53,302 bases of DNA from Candidatus Saccharimonadales bacterium (GCA_040879175.1 JBBDKW010000017.1:5505-58806), one strand, 5' to 3'; positions 1 to 7,750 are shown, counted from the stretch's first letter. Made by a program: numbers and translations. Notes: generated by a model not told the origin, from the letters alone.

Positions 1-46
1 GCCCCCACCCCCCCGCCCACCCTTTCTTCTTATGTATACTTAAGAT

Positions 47-1174
47 ATGGGCAAGAGGGGAAAGAGAGTCGCTGTTATAACCGTACTTTTATTAGCCGCC
101 GGCGCCGCCGTCTTTTTCGGCCAAGACTGGCTTCAGCACCGCTTTTTCGAACCCACCGGCACCAAACTCGAACAAGGTATCCAGGCCGAGGACGGTCCAA
201 CGATTAAGGTAATCGCCCAAAACCTCGACATCCCCTGGGAAATCGCTTTTTTGCCGGGAGGCGATATGCTAGTCACCGAACGCTCAGGCATCCTCAAACG
301 CATCGGCACCAACCAAAAAACCTACGCCGTTGAGGGTGTGCAGCACGTCGGCGAGGGCGGTTTGCTGGGCTTGGCTTTGCATCCAAAATTTGCCCAAAAC
401 CACCTACTTTATTTGTATTTGACAACCAGTAGTGGCAACGGGCTGACCAACCGCGTCGAACGCTACCGTTACGACAGTGATCGTCTGAGCAATAGAACAC
501 TTATCATCGGCAATATTCCGGGTGCCGCTAATCACGACGGCGGCCGGTTGGCTTTTGGGCCGGACGGTTTGCTTTATATCACCACTGGCGATGCCGGCCA
601 GCCCAAGCGGGCTCAAGACACCAATTCCTTGGCCGGTAAAATCCTGCGCCTAACAGATGAAGGCAAGATGCCATCTGGCAATCCGTTTGGCAGCGCCGTT
701 TATTCTTATGGGCATCGCAATCCCCAAGGGTTGGCTTGGGATAACCGTAGCCGGCTCTGGGCTACAGAACACGGCCGTTCTGGTATCCGCTCCGGCCTGG
801 ACGAGCTAAATCTGATAACCAAAGGCGCCAATTACGGCTGGCCGGAAACTGAAGGCGACGAGCAAAGAACCGGTATGCAAACGCCGATTGCCAATTCCGG
901 GCCGGACGAAACGTGGGCGCCGGCTGGCCTAACTTACTGGGATGGCTCGTTGTTTTTCGCCGGCTTGCGCGGCGAGTCGTTATATGAAGCTAAGCTCGAT
1001 GGTAATAGAGCATCGCTCAAAAGCCATTTGCGCGGCGACTACGGTCGCCTGCGAGCAGTAGTCTTAGGTCCCGACGGCTATCTGTACATCAGCACCTCCA
1101 ACCGCGACGGTCGCGGCGATATCAGGGAAGGCGACGACAAAATTATCCGCCTCAACCCCAAAATCTTTCGATAA
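47..1174 (+). CDS. PQQ-dependent sugar (glucose/sorbosone) dehydrogenase family protein, membrane-anchored or secreted
   Basis: 375-aa ORF. N-terminal hydrophobic segment VAVITVLLLAAGAAVFF. Family-typical motifs GLLGLALHP, HDGGRLAFGPDG, GHRNPQGLAWD and NYGWP, as in YliI-like soluble aldose dehydrogenases. Confidence 0.8.
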   Translation: MGKRGKRVAVITVLLLAAGAAVFFGQDWLQHRFFEPTGTKLEQGIQAEDGPTIKVIAQNLDIPWEIAFLPGGDMLVTERSGILKRIGTNQKTYAVEGVQHVGEGGLLGLALHPKFAQNHLLYLYLTTSSGNGLTNRVERYRYDSDRLSNRTLIIGNIPGAANHDGGRLAFGPDGLLYITTGDAGQPKRAQDTNSLAGKILRLTDEGKMPSGNPFGSAVYSYGHRNPQGLAWDNRSRLWATEHGRSGIRSGLDELNLITKGANYGWPETEGDEQRTGMQTPIANSGPDETWAPAGLTYWDGSLFFAGLRGESLYEAKLDGNRASLKSHLRGDYGRLRAVVLGPDGYLYISTSNRDGRGDIREGDDKIIRLNPKIFR

Positions 1175-1208
1175 ATCAAAACAGCCCCCCGCTGCCTAAG
1201 CGAAGGGG
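1173..1208 (-). terminator. Intrinsic terminator-like hairpin, best on the - strand; may also serve the + strand gene ending at 1174
   Basis: The - strand reads CCCCUUCGC-uuaggca-GCGGGGGG followed by CUGUUUUGAUUU. That is a 9-bp stem including two G-U pairs, followed by a U-rich tail. Confidence 0.45.
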
Positions 1209-1478
1209 TGTTTGCGCTGATTGCATTTTCAGCCAGCTCTCCCGTGGGTACCGTTGGGATTTTAACGCCCGGCCGGGCGCTGAGCGGCCTATCTCCTTTA
1301 CCCCAGCGAGGGCGCAGGCAGCGTGAGGACTACTGCTTTGCTTCGTCCGGAGACTTTCCGGCTCCTAGTTTAACCTGCTTTCTAGAACCGCAGTTTATCT
1401 ATAAAACCGCAAATTTTTGCGAGCCAGCAAGCGACACATATGTGGCAGCCAATACCTTGCTGGGTATCGACTGGTGTC
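1176..1478 (-). ncRNA. Candidate structured ncRNA of about 300 nt, class unknown
   Basis: GC-rich 440-bp gap with no credible ORF. Promoter-like boxes lie upstream on the - strand and a terminator lies at the far end. Many local helices are present (CCGGA-n5-TCCGG, CGCCCGG/CCGGGCG). Interleaved helices GCGACAC/GTGTCGC and CCAGCAAG/CTTGCTGG form a pseudoknot-like arrangement. Confidence 0.35.
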
Positions 1479-1484
1479 GCTTTG

Positions 1485-1514
1485 ATAATATGCCTTGACG
1501 CAATACCAAGTCAA
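1485..1514 (-). promoter_or_regulatory. Promoter-like -35/-10 pair on the - strand, driving the 1176-1478 unit
   Basis: On the - strand, TTGACT (1509-1514), an 18-nt spacer, then TATTAT (1485-1490). Confidence 0.35.
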
Positions 1515-1617
1515 TAATCTGGTAGCTTTTTACAACATATTTTAAGCATAAGCGCCAGTTAATATTTGTCCAATAGGAGCTATTTTAGGTATATAATTAG
1601 CACATAAGGAGGTTAAA

Positions 1618-1872
1618 ATGGCGGATAAGGTAATCGGTAAGGTAACTCATTATTTCGATAAGGTCGGAGTGGCGATTATTCAACTGCAAAAGGGTGCATC
1701 GCTCAAAAAGGGTGACAAAATTCAAATAAAAGGCAACAATACCGACTTTACTCAGACGGTAAGCTCTCTTCAGCTGGACCACCAGGATGTAGACTCGGTC
1801 AAAGCCGGTGACGACTTTGGCCTCAAAGTGGACCAAAAAGTCCACGAAGGCAACCAAATCTACGCCGCTTAA
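1618..1872 (+). CDS. Small beta-barrel protein resembling EF-Tu domain 2 (translation-factor-like protein)
   Basis: 84-aa ORF with a strong SD (AAGGAGG, 6 nt upstream). Pattern GKVTHYF..VGVAIIQL..G.LKKGD.I.I.G resembles translation-factor domain 2. An antisense ORF overlaps it and was ignored. Confidence 0.6.
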   Translation: MADKVIGKVTHYFDKVGVAIIQLQKGASLKKGDKIQIKGNNTDFTQTVSSLQLDHQDVDSVKAGDDFGLKVDQKVHEGNQIYAA

Positions 1873-1880
1873 TTTAGCTA

Positions 1881-3107
1881 ATGCGGTATAAGCGGAATCA
1901 GTGGGGCTTCCATCATATTGGCCTGATTTTATTGGCGGTTGTACTGGTAGTAATCGGGCTGGTTGGTTATAGAGTGTTAAAACAAAACAGCCAAGACTCA
2001 GCCTCAAACATAATCAACAGCAACCAGCCGGCGGCCACTAAAGCCGTCAAGGCCGGCCAGCTGCTCAGCGGCGGCAAATGCCAGGGTACGGACAAGCTTA
2101 CCTTCACCCATTTGCCGATGCGCCCGCAGGATTTCTCCATCTTGATTCCATACGGGTTGGTAGTTGGCGACCACGTCACGCCTATCGACCACCAGTATTT
2201 TTCACCGGCTGACTATAAATCGCCGCGCGATGCTTACCCGGTCTATGCCATGGCTGACGCCACAATCACCGATATCCAACCCCGCACAAATGAGCGCGGA
2301 ACCGAATATAGGTTTGTTTTTACCTACAGCTGTACCTCGCTTTATTATTACGATCTGGTAACCAGCCTGGCGCCTAAATTAAAACAGGCTTACGATAGCC
2401 GCAGGGTCGAAATTCCGGTTAAAGCCGGCGAAAAAATCGGCGCCATTGGCGGCCAAACGCTCGATTTTGCCTATTGGGATACCGACAAGCCGCTGACCGG
2501 CTTTATCAAGCCGTCCAGTTATGATGCCGAAGCCTGGAAACTTTACACCGCCGACCCATACCCGCGCTACACCAAAGAATTAAGAGAGTTGCTTACCGCC
2601 CGCAACCCGCGCGTGGCCGAGCCGATCGCCGGCAAAATTGATTACGACCAGCCCGGCAAGCTCATCGGCAACTGGTTTTTAGAAGGCACTAATGGTTACG
2701 CTGGCCACCAAGGCACTCAGGGCGGCTCATACGCCACCGGCCATCTGTCTTTTGCGCCGGAGCATTTCGACCCTAGCTTCTTTGTCATCTCAATGGGTAA
2801 CTACAACGGCCAGCCGGCGCAGTTTGTCACCAAAGCCAACAAACCAGACCCCGCTGACGTCAGCCAGGCGTCCGGCCTGGTAAAATACGAACTCGTCCAG
2901 ATCAATTACCTTAAAGCCGACGGGAGTTTTTGGAACCGTACATCATTCGCCAAACCGATTAAGGCCGACAATTCCAATTCTGTGGTCGGTGTGGTGCTAG
3001 TCCAACTAATCGATGGCGGCAATAAGCTAAAGTTCCAAGCCTTCCCGAGCAAAACCGCCAGCCAAGTCAGCGGCTTTACATCAGCCGCCAAAACATACGA
3101 ACGCTAA
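1881..3107 (+). CDS. Hypothetical membrane-anchored extracytoplasmic protein
   Basis: 408-aa ORF with an N-terminal TM helix (HHIGLILLAVVLVVIGLVGY). I recognise no family with confidence. A weak LytM-like stretch (VKAGEKIGAIGG) lacks the HxH motif. Confidence 0.6.
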   Translation: MRYKRNQWGFHHIGLILLAVVLVVIGLVGYRVLKQNSQDSASNIINSNQPAATKAVKAGQLLSGGKCQGTDKLTFTHLPMRPQDFSILIPYGLVVGDHVTPIDHQYFSPADYKSPRDAYPVYAMADATITDIQPRTNERGTEYRFVFTYSCTSLYYYDLVTSLAPKLKQAYDSRRVEIPVKAGEKIGAIGGQTLDFAYWDTDKPLTGFIKPSSYDAEAWKLYTADPYPRYTKELRELLTARNPRVAEPIAGKIDYDQPGKLIGNWFLEGTNGYAGHQGTQGGSYATGHLSFAPEHFDPSFFVISMGNYNGQPAQFVTKANKPDPADVSQASGLVKYELVQINYLKADGSFWNRTSFAKPIKADNSNSVVGVVLVQLIDGGNKLKFQAFPSKTASQVSGFTSAAKTYER

Positions 3108-3167
3108 ACTCCATTCTCTACCCACTACTCCCTATCTCCGCTATAATCTAGACAAGCGGATTTTTAT

Positions 3168-3506
3168 ATGCCCATTGAATGTAATGTTTCGTCCAATCGT
3201 GGGGATTTAGAACGGCATCAGCCAATAGAACCGGGAAAAGCTCACTCCTATCATTTTAATGCCGGCTCAATTGGCATGGTCGTAGTCGCTTGTTGCCACG
3301 AAAGTGATGTCGGCGGGCGTATATATGTTATGGACGAAGAAAGTTTTGAGAATGCTATTGACGAATACGGGATTTATTCAGGCGAAAGCCTAGACAAAAA
3401 TCCTTACGAAATCCTTCCACCGGGGGGCACAATGCCCGTGACAGTCAGACCGGACGCAGGTGAAGACGAGACAACTTTCTTTTTTACCCACCAATCCCCA
3501 AACTAA
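3168..3506 (+). CDS. Hypothetical protein
   Basis: 112-aa ORF with no SD. A hairpin plus T-run (3137-3165) and a TATAAT box (3142-3147) lie just upstream. No recognisable motifs. Confidence 0.4.
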   Translation: MPIECNVSSNRGDLERHQPIEPGKAHSYHFNAGSIGMVVVACCHESDVGGRIYVMDEESFENAIDEYGIYSGESLDKNPYEILPPGGTMPVTVRPDAGEDETTFFFTHQSPN

Positions 3507-3597
3507 CGCCCTGCTTGCCCCGTTAGAGATTTATCTCTAATCGGGTGTATTCTTTCCTAGAGCAGGGGTATAATTTAAAGAACAGAACAGGGGTGTT

Positions 3598-3744
3598 ATG
3601 CCAAAAATTAATGAGGTTAGAAAAGTCTGTACAACTTGCGGTAAGCGGGCCAAAGTGTATCGAATGGTAGATATAGATGGCACCAATCTTGTAGAGTGCC
3701 TGGTTTGTTTGAATTGCGGCTCGGGCATGCCAGCTCTCTTGTAG
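3598..3744 (+). CDS. 48-aa zinc-ribbon protein with paired Cys motifs (CxxC ... CxxCxxC), absent from the supplied ORF track
   Basis: My own translation is MPKINEVRKVCTTCGKRAKVYRMVDIDGTNLVECLVCLNCGSGMPALL*. Two Cys pairs are spaced as in a zinc ribbon. TATAAT lies at 3569-3574 and a G-rich SD (AGGGGTG) upstream. The overlapping 98-aa - strand ORF looks like a shadow ORF. Confidence 0.5.
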   Translation: MPKINEVRKVCTTCGKRAKVYRMVDIDGTNLVECLVCLNCGSGMPALL

Positions 3745-3786
3745 CGATTCGTCCTTTTTGCTCATATTGACATCCTCTGGACGTCC

Positions 3787-4233
3787 ATGTTTACTTTCAG
3801 CATGAAGGGGAGTAAACATAGCGGCGACACCGGCGAGCTGGAAGTCGTCAATTTGGCAGCCTGCCCAAATTGTGGCAGCAAACTAATGTTGTTACCGCCA
3901 GGATTCCCATTATTTGATATCCAATGCACCAGATGTCTCTTCAGGGCGCAGATCAAAACTTCAAACCGTAAACCCACGGGTACTATACGCGGTGCAGGAT
4001 GGGATATATATGAAAAAGTGCTCAAGGCCGGAAACTTGGCCCCTCCGCTGATTGTCAATTATCACTGGGACGACAAAGAGGGCGAACACCACGAAATTCG
4101 GTTCTATCCGTTTATTCCTAAAGATAACGTCCAAAAATATATACTTTCAGCAACCGCCCGCCGAGCCAATTATAGGATGTTCAATTACGTCGGCCTCAAA
4201 GCTATACCGTTCTTAATACTATTCCCAAAGTAG
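3787..4233 (+). CDS. DpnI-like (Dam-replacing family) PD-(D/E)xK nuclease, catalytic domain only
   Basis: 148 aa. ACPNCGSKL-x12-FDIQCTRCLFRAQIKTS aligns by eye with the DpnI stretch YCPNCG-x-ADFYCNHCSEEFELKSK, giving a Zn-binding CxxC...CxxC and D...(E/Q)xK. A later SATARRANY resembles DpnI APTARRAGW. The protein ends before the winged-helix DNA-binding domain that DpnI carries. Confidence 0.55.
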   Translation: MFTFSMKGSKHSGDTGELEVVNLAACPNCGSKLMLLPPGFPLFDIQCTRCLFRAQIKTSNRKPTGTIRGAGWDIYEKVLKAGNLAPPLIVNYHWDDKEGEHHEIRFYPFIPKDNVQKYILSATARRANYRMFNYVGLKAIPFLILFPK

Positions 4234-4281
4234 TTCGATTTTTCCAAAACAGGGGTATAATCTAGATGAACGGAGTTTGGA

Positions 4282-4629
4282 ATGGCTAATCTGTCGGATC
4301 TGCAGAAAAAGGTAGTGGCGTTTAGAGACGCGCGCGACTGGAAGCAGTTTCATAACCCTAAGGACGTATCTCTATCATTAGCCTTAGAAGCCGCCGAACT
4401 TATGGAGCATTTCCAATGGAAGAGCCCAGGCGAAATCAAAAAGCATCTCAAAGCCAAAAATAGAGAAGTCAGCGAAGAGCTGATGGACGTTCTGTACTGG
4501 GTTTTGCTGTTTGCCCATGATTTAGGCATTAATATTCAGGATGAATTCGAACGCAAAATGGCCCAAAACGAAAAAAAGTATCCGGTTTCTAAGGCCAAAG
4601 GACGGTATACGAAATACAGCGAACTATGA
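4282..4629 (+). CDS. MazG-like nucleotide pyrophosphohydrolase (DCTPP1/MazG all-alpha NTP-PPase fold)
   Basis: 115 aa. FRDARDW.QFHNPKD...ALEAAELMEHFQW and EELMDVLYWVL are typical of small MazG-type NTP pyrophosphatases. SD is GGAG, 7 nt upstream. TATAAT lies at 4256-4261. Confidence 0.8.
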   Translation: MANLSDLQKKVVAFRDARDWKQFHNPKDVSLSLALEAAELMEHFQWKSPGEIKKHLKAKNREVSEELMDVLYWVLLFAHDLGINIQDEFERKMAQNEKKYPVSKAKGRYTKYSEL

Positions 4630-5726
4630 GCCCACAAGACATAGCTGATAGAGAAATATATAGATTCACCGGACCGCCAGAAAATTGGCTAACAGCTATT
4701 AAATTTATGACATGGGGACTCGAAGAAAAGCACCTTAATTATTGGCAGAAAATTGAACCTGGCGACATCTTTTTAATGCATTCGACCTCAACTAATACCT
4801 TAGTCAAGGACGCACCGTCATCTGTAATCGGTTTTGGAGTTGTAAGTCCAGAATTTAGCAAGAAGGATAGTACATTGTGGTTGCGAGAAATAGAAGAGCG
4901 TAGAAATATTTGGCCGCTGTTAGTACCATTCTCGGAGGTTTACCTTTTTAGCGAACTACGTCCGCACTTAGCGCTGGAAGCTCCAAACGGCAAAAACAAC
5001 GAGCTAATCATTAGCGAGGCTAAGGAATTATTGGCTAAAAGTGTGCCGTTATCACAGGAATTCCCAAAAATGGGTAGTTTCTCGAGAGTTAAGTCTGAGT
5101 TGGTCGTACAAATATTTGCACGTGCCGAGCACTTCTATCTGTATAGTAGCGTTGGCGTAACACGCGAATCACCTTTGAAATCCTCAGAATTCAAAAAAGT
5201 AGAAAGCGCTGAAGAGGTAGCTGCTATTAGAAAACCAGCAACTCTCGAGCAGCTTCAGATTGTTAAGAAGAAAACTATAAAGCTAGGAAAAACAACCTAT
5301 ACCAAGGACCTGCAGACACTTGAAAAGGCAGAAGATGCACACCAAGAAACCCTGAAAATGCTGTTTGAGCTACTTAAGTCCCATGGGTACAATACATATA
5401 ACAATCGCCACGTAGACCTTTTTGCGGTTAAAAATAACCATTCCTTTTTGTTCGAGGTTAAAAGTCTTGCTGCGAAAAACTTTAGGCCTCAGGCCAGGAA
5501 GGGGATAGTTCAGCTTTTCGAGTATGAATACTTCGAAGTTCGAAATTTTTTTGAAGATAAAGGCCCAATTGCGCGTCCAAATAAAGCATTGATTTTTTCT
5601 GAAGGGCCTAAGGATATGAACTACGTTAGTTTCATTAATGACCTGAATATTTCGGCTGGTTTTTTCTCAGAAAGAAAGCTTAAACCGTCAGGACAAAAAA
5701 CAATTTTGACGGGCCTGATTTCCTAG
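4626..5726 (+). CDS. EVE/PUA-like N-terminal domain fused to a C-terminal PD-(D/E)xK nuclease (putative modification-dependent restriction enzyme)
   Basis: 366 aa. The start overlaps the MazG stop (ATGA). The N-terminal pattern NWLTAIKFMTWG...IEPGDIFLMH...VIGFGVV...WPLLVPF is EVE/ASCH-like. The C-terminal VDLFAV...FLFEVKS...QLFEYEY matches D...ExK...QxxxY. Confidence 0.6.
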   Translation: MSPQDIADREIYRFTGPPENWLTAIKFMTWGLEEKHLNYWQKIEPGDIFLMHSTSTNTLVKDAPSSVIGFGVVSPEFSKKDSTLWLREIEERRNIWPLLVPFSEVYLFSELRPHLALEAPNGKNNELIISEAKELLAKSVPLSQEFPKMGSFSRVKSELVVQIFARAEHFYLYSSVGVTRESPLKSSEFKKVESAEEVAAIRKPATLEQLQIVKKKTIKLGKTTYTKDLQTLEKAEDAHQETLKMLFELLKSHGYNTYNNRHVDLFAVKNNHSFLFEVKSLAAKNFRPQARKGIVQLFEYEYFEVRNFFEDKGPIARPNKALIFSEGPKDMNYVSFINDLNISAGFFSERKLKPSGQKTILTGLIS

Positions 5727-5780
5727 TAATAGCGTTTTGCAATAGGCGTATAATCATAAGCATAAATAGGGGGTGGTGCG

Positions 5781-6353
5781 ATGTGGGGGTGGTTTACTGG
5801 GCTTTCATTATTAAAAAAGAGCCTACTGGTCGGCGGCTCAGTATTGACAGTAGGTACTGCTGCTGGAGTTGCTCAACCGCCTGAGCCGACACCTCCACCA
5901 CCAGAAACTCCTCCACAGGTCCAACAAGAAAAAATTGAGACGAAAGACGTAACTAAAGAACAGACCATTCCATTTCAAAAGCTGACTGAAAACGACTCTT
6001 CCTTAGAGAAAGGTAAAACAGCCATATCCACAGCTGGCGTTGAAGGCGTGCTTACTATCACCTATAGAATTACATACACTAACGGTATTGAAACAAGTCG
6101 TGAAAAAATATCAGAAGAGGTTACAAAACAGCCTATAAACGAAGTTACCAGAATCGGTACTAAGGTTGTACCGCAGGTTCAACCTCAGACATCCTGCACG
6201 CCTGGTTACTCACCATGCATTGCACCGGGATCTGATGTTGACTGTGCTGGTGGTAGTGGAGATGGACCGAGATATGTCTCTGGACCGGTTTCTGTTACAG
6301 GGTCTGACCCGTATGGTCTTGACCGCGACGGTGACGGTATCGGCTGCGAATAG
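5781..6353 (+). CDS. Membrane-anchored G5-domain protein with a C-terminal Excalibur calcium-binding domain
   Basis: 190 aa with an N-terminal TM helix and a Pro-rich linker. The G5-like block is TIPFQ...GVEGVLTITYRITYTNG...TRIGTK. The C-terminal DCAGG...DRDGDGIGCE is Excalibur-like. Confidence 0.75.
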   Translation: MWGWFTGLSLLKKSLLVGGSVLTVGTAAGVAQPPEPTPPPPETPPQVQQEKIETKDVTKEQTIPFQKLTENDSSLEKGKTAISTAGVEGVLTITYRITYTNGIETSREKISEEVTKQPINEVTRIGTKVVPQVQPQTSCTPGYSPCIAPGSDVDCAGGSGDGPRYVSGPVSVTGSDPYGLDRDGDGIGCE

Positions 6354-6420
6354 CTACAAATTTCTCTCATCGGAAGCCACAACCAACTCTTTTAAGCTGG
6401 GGCGGGGGTATAATTGAGCA

Positions 6421-7122
6421 ATGCCTAACGTTTTGGCGCACAACTACGTTGCTCACAGGGTGATGCGGGTGGCTACGCCTAATTTGGCGCTCGGCAGTGT
6501 GTTGCCGGACTTTGCCGGCATGTACCGTGATTACCAAGGTAAAAGAGTTGATTTAAGATTGTTTAGGGAAGGGATGTTGGGCTGGGGCATACATTTACAC
6601 CGCAGGACTGACGAGGTGTTTGATGCCCAGCCGGAAAAAACCAGAGCAACCGCCGACTTGGCGGCTCACTTACGAGCTTACGGTATTAAACCCGGCGCCG
6701 CGCGCCTGAGCGCCCATCTGCTGGCAGACATCATGCTGGACGGCGCTCTGATTGACCAGCACGAACCGCGCGGCGCCTTTGCGGCGCTGACCGAATACAT
6801 ATTAGACGGCGAAACCGAACTGCACTCGGGCAAATTTACGCCGGATTTTACTCAATTCGTTGAGGGATATTTTGAAGAAAGCGTACCAACTTATTACAGC
6901 GAGCCAGAAAAGTTGGCTCGTATAACAGCGCGCCGCCTGGCCAAAAGAGCCAGAACCGCCAAAGCGCGGGCGGATAGAACCATTGGCCGCGACCAGCTGC
7001 CGGCACTGACAGAAGTGATTGACATCCAAGCTGACCGGGTGCGCCGGCTGGGACTAAGTGCTCTCACCAGAACCATATTAATCCTTGAGCAACAGACCGA
7101 CGCCGGGGTTCCGGTCTCATGA
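6421..7122 (+). CDS. ACP phosphodiesterase (AcpH)-like protein
   Basis: 233 aa. MPNVLAHNYVAH...LPDFAG and GIHLHRRTDEVFD resemble E. coli AcpH (MNFLAHLHLAH...LADF, GIHMHRRIDVLTD). TATAAT at 6409-6414 lies only 6 nt from the ATG. Confidence 0.5.
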   Translation: MPNVLAHNYVAHRVMRVATPNLALGSVLPDFAGMYRDYQGKRVDLRLFREGMLGWGIHLHRRTDEVFDAQPEKTRATADLAAHLRAYGIKPGAARLSAHLLADIMLDGALIDQHEPRGAFAALTEYILDGETELHSGKFTPDFTQFVEGYFEESVPTYYSEPEKLARITARRLAKRARTAKARADRTIGRDQLPALTEVIDIQADRVRRLGLSALTRTILILEQQTDAGVPVS

Positions 7123-7730
7123 CCCTAGGGCAGAAAATTGTGCGGGCCGAGCGGGAACTAGCCAAGCTTGACCCTAAGCTGGCGCCGATAATCAAAAAAC
7201 AAAGCCCACTACTTTTTGAGCCGCGCGACAATTATTTTTTGTCGCTTTGCCGCTCGATTGTCGGGCAGCAGGTGTCGGTGGCGGCCGCGGCCACAATCTT
7301 TGGCCGCTTGGAGACCGCCACCGACATCGAACCGAAAAAAGTAGTGGCTTTGAGCGTGGAGCAGATAAAAGCCGTCGGCTTATCGCGCCAAAAAGCCGGC
7401 TACATCAAAGATCTGGCCCAACACTTCATTGATAACCCCAAAGTCTATAACCACCTCGGCCAGCTATCCGACGAAGAGGTGATAGCCGACCTAGTGGCGG
7501 TGAAGGGAATCGGCGCCTGGACAGCACAGATGTTTTTGATGTTCACGCTAGTGCGTTTGGACGTGTTCGCCCCCGACGACATTGGCCTGCAACGGGCAAT
7601 GGCTCGTCTTTACGGCTGGAAAAACCCTCCGAACCGGCAAAAACTCGAGCGTACGGCCGCCAAATGGCGTCCCTACCGCACGGTAGCCTGCTGGCACCTC
7701 TGGCAATCCCTCCGAAACACCCCAAAATAA
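7119..7730 (+). CDS. DNA-3-methyladenine glycosylase II / HhH-GPD base-excision repair protein (AlkA-like)
   Basis: 203 aa. HhH-GPD signature LVAVKGIGAWTAQMFLMF...DVFAPDDIGLQRA. The start overlaps the upstream stop (ATGA). Confidence 0.8.
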   Translation: MTLGQKIVRAERELAKLDPKLAPIIKKQSPLLFEPRDNYFLSLCRSIVGQQVSVAAAATIFGRLETATDIEPKKVVALSVEQIKAVGLSRQKAGYIKDLAQHFIDNPKVYNHLGQLSDEEVIADLVAVKGIGAWTAQMFLMFTLVRLDVFAPDDIGLQRAMARLYGWKNPPNRQKLERTAAKWRPYRTVACWHLWQSLRNTPK

Positions 7731-7750
7731 CGAAGAAGCGCCACCGGAGG

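Noticed and set aside
1340-1370. GGAAAGUC on the - strand, which could suggest the RNase P RNA P4 region
   Set aside because: The string is part of a local hairpin (CCGGA-aaguc-UCCGG). No matching P4 3' strand (ACAGAA..GGCUUA-like) or other conserved RNase P blocks are visible. An 8-mer match is expected by chance in 2 x 53 kb.
1208-1498. 96-aa + strand ORF filling the gap after the dehydrogenase gene
   Set aside because: Non-ATG start and no SD. The composition is implausible (Ser/Pro/Gly/Cys-rich with no motifs). It lies entirely within a densely base-paired GC-rich region that is better explained as a - strand structured RNA.
3523-3819. 98-aa - strand ORF across the 3.5-3.8 kb spacer
   Set aside because: It overlaps the start of the DpnI-like gene and has no SD or motifs. 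The + strand 48-aa zinc-ribbon ORF, with its promoter and SD, explains the region better.
6166-6417. 83-aa + strand ORF overlapping the 3' end of the G5/Excalibur gene in another frame
   Set aside because: It overlaps a motif-supported CDS (the Excalibur DRDGDGIGCE is in the other frame). It has no SD and no recognisable features.
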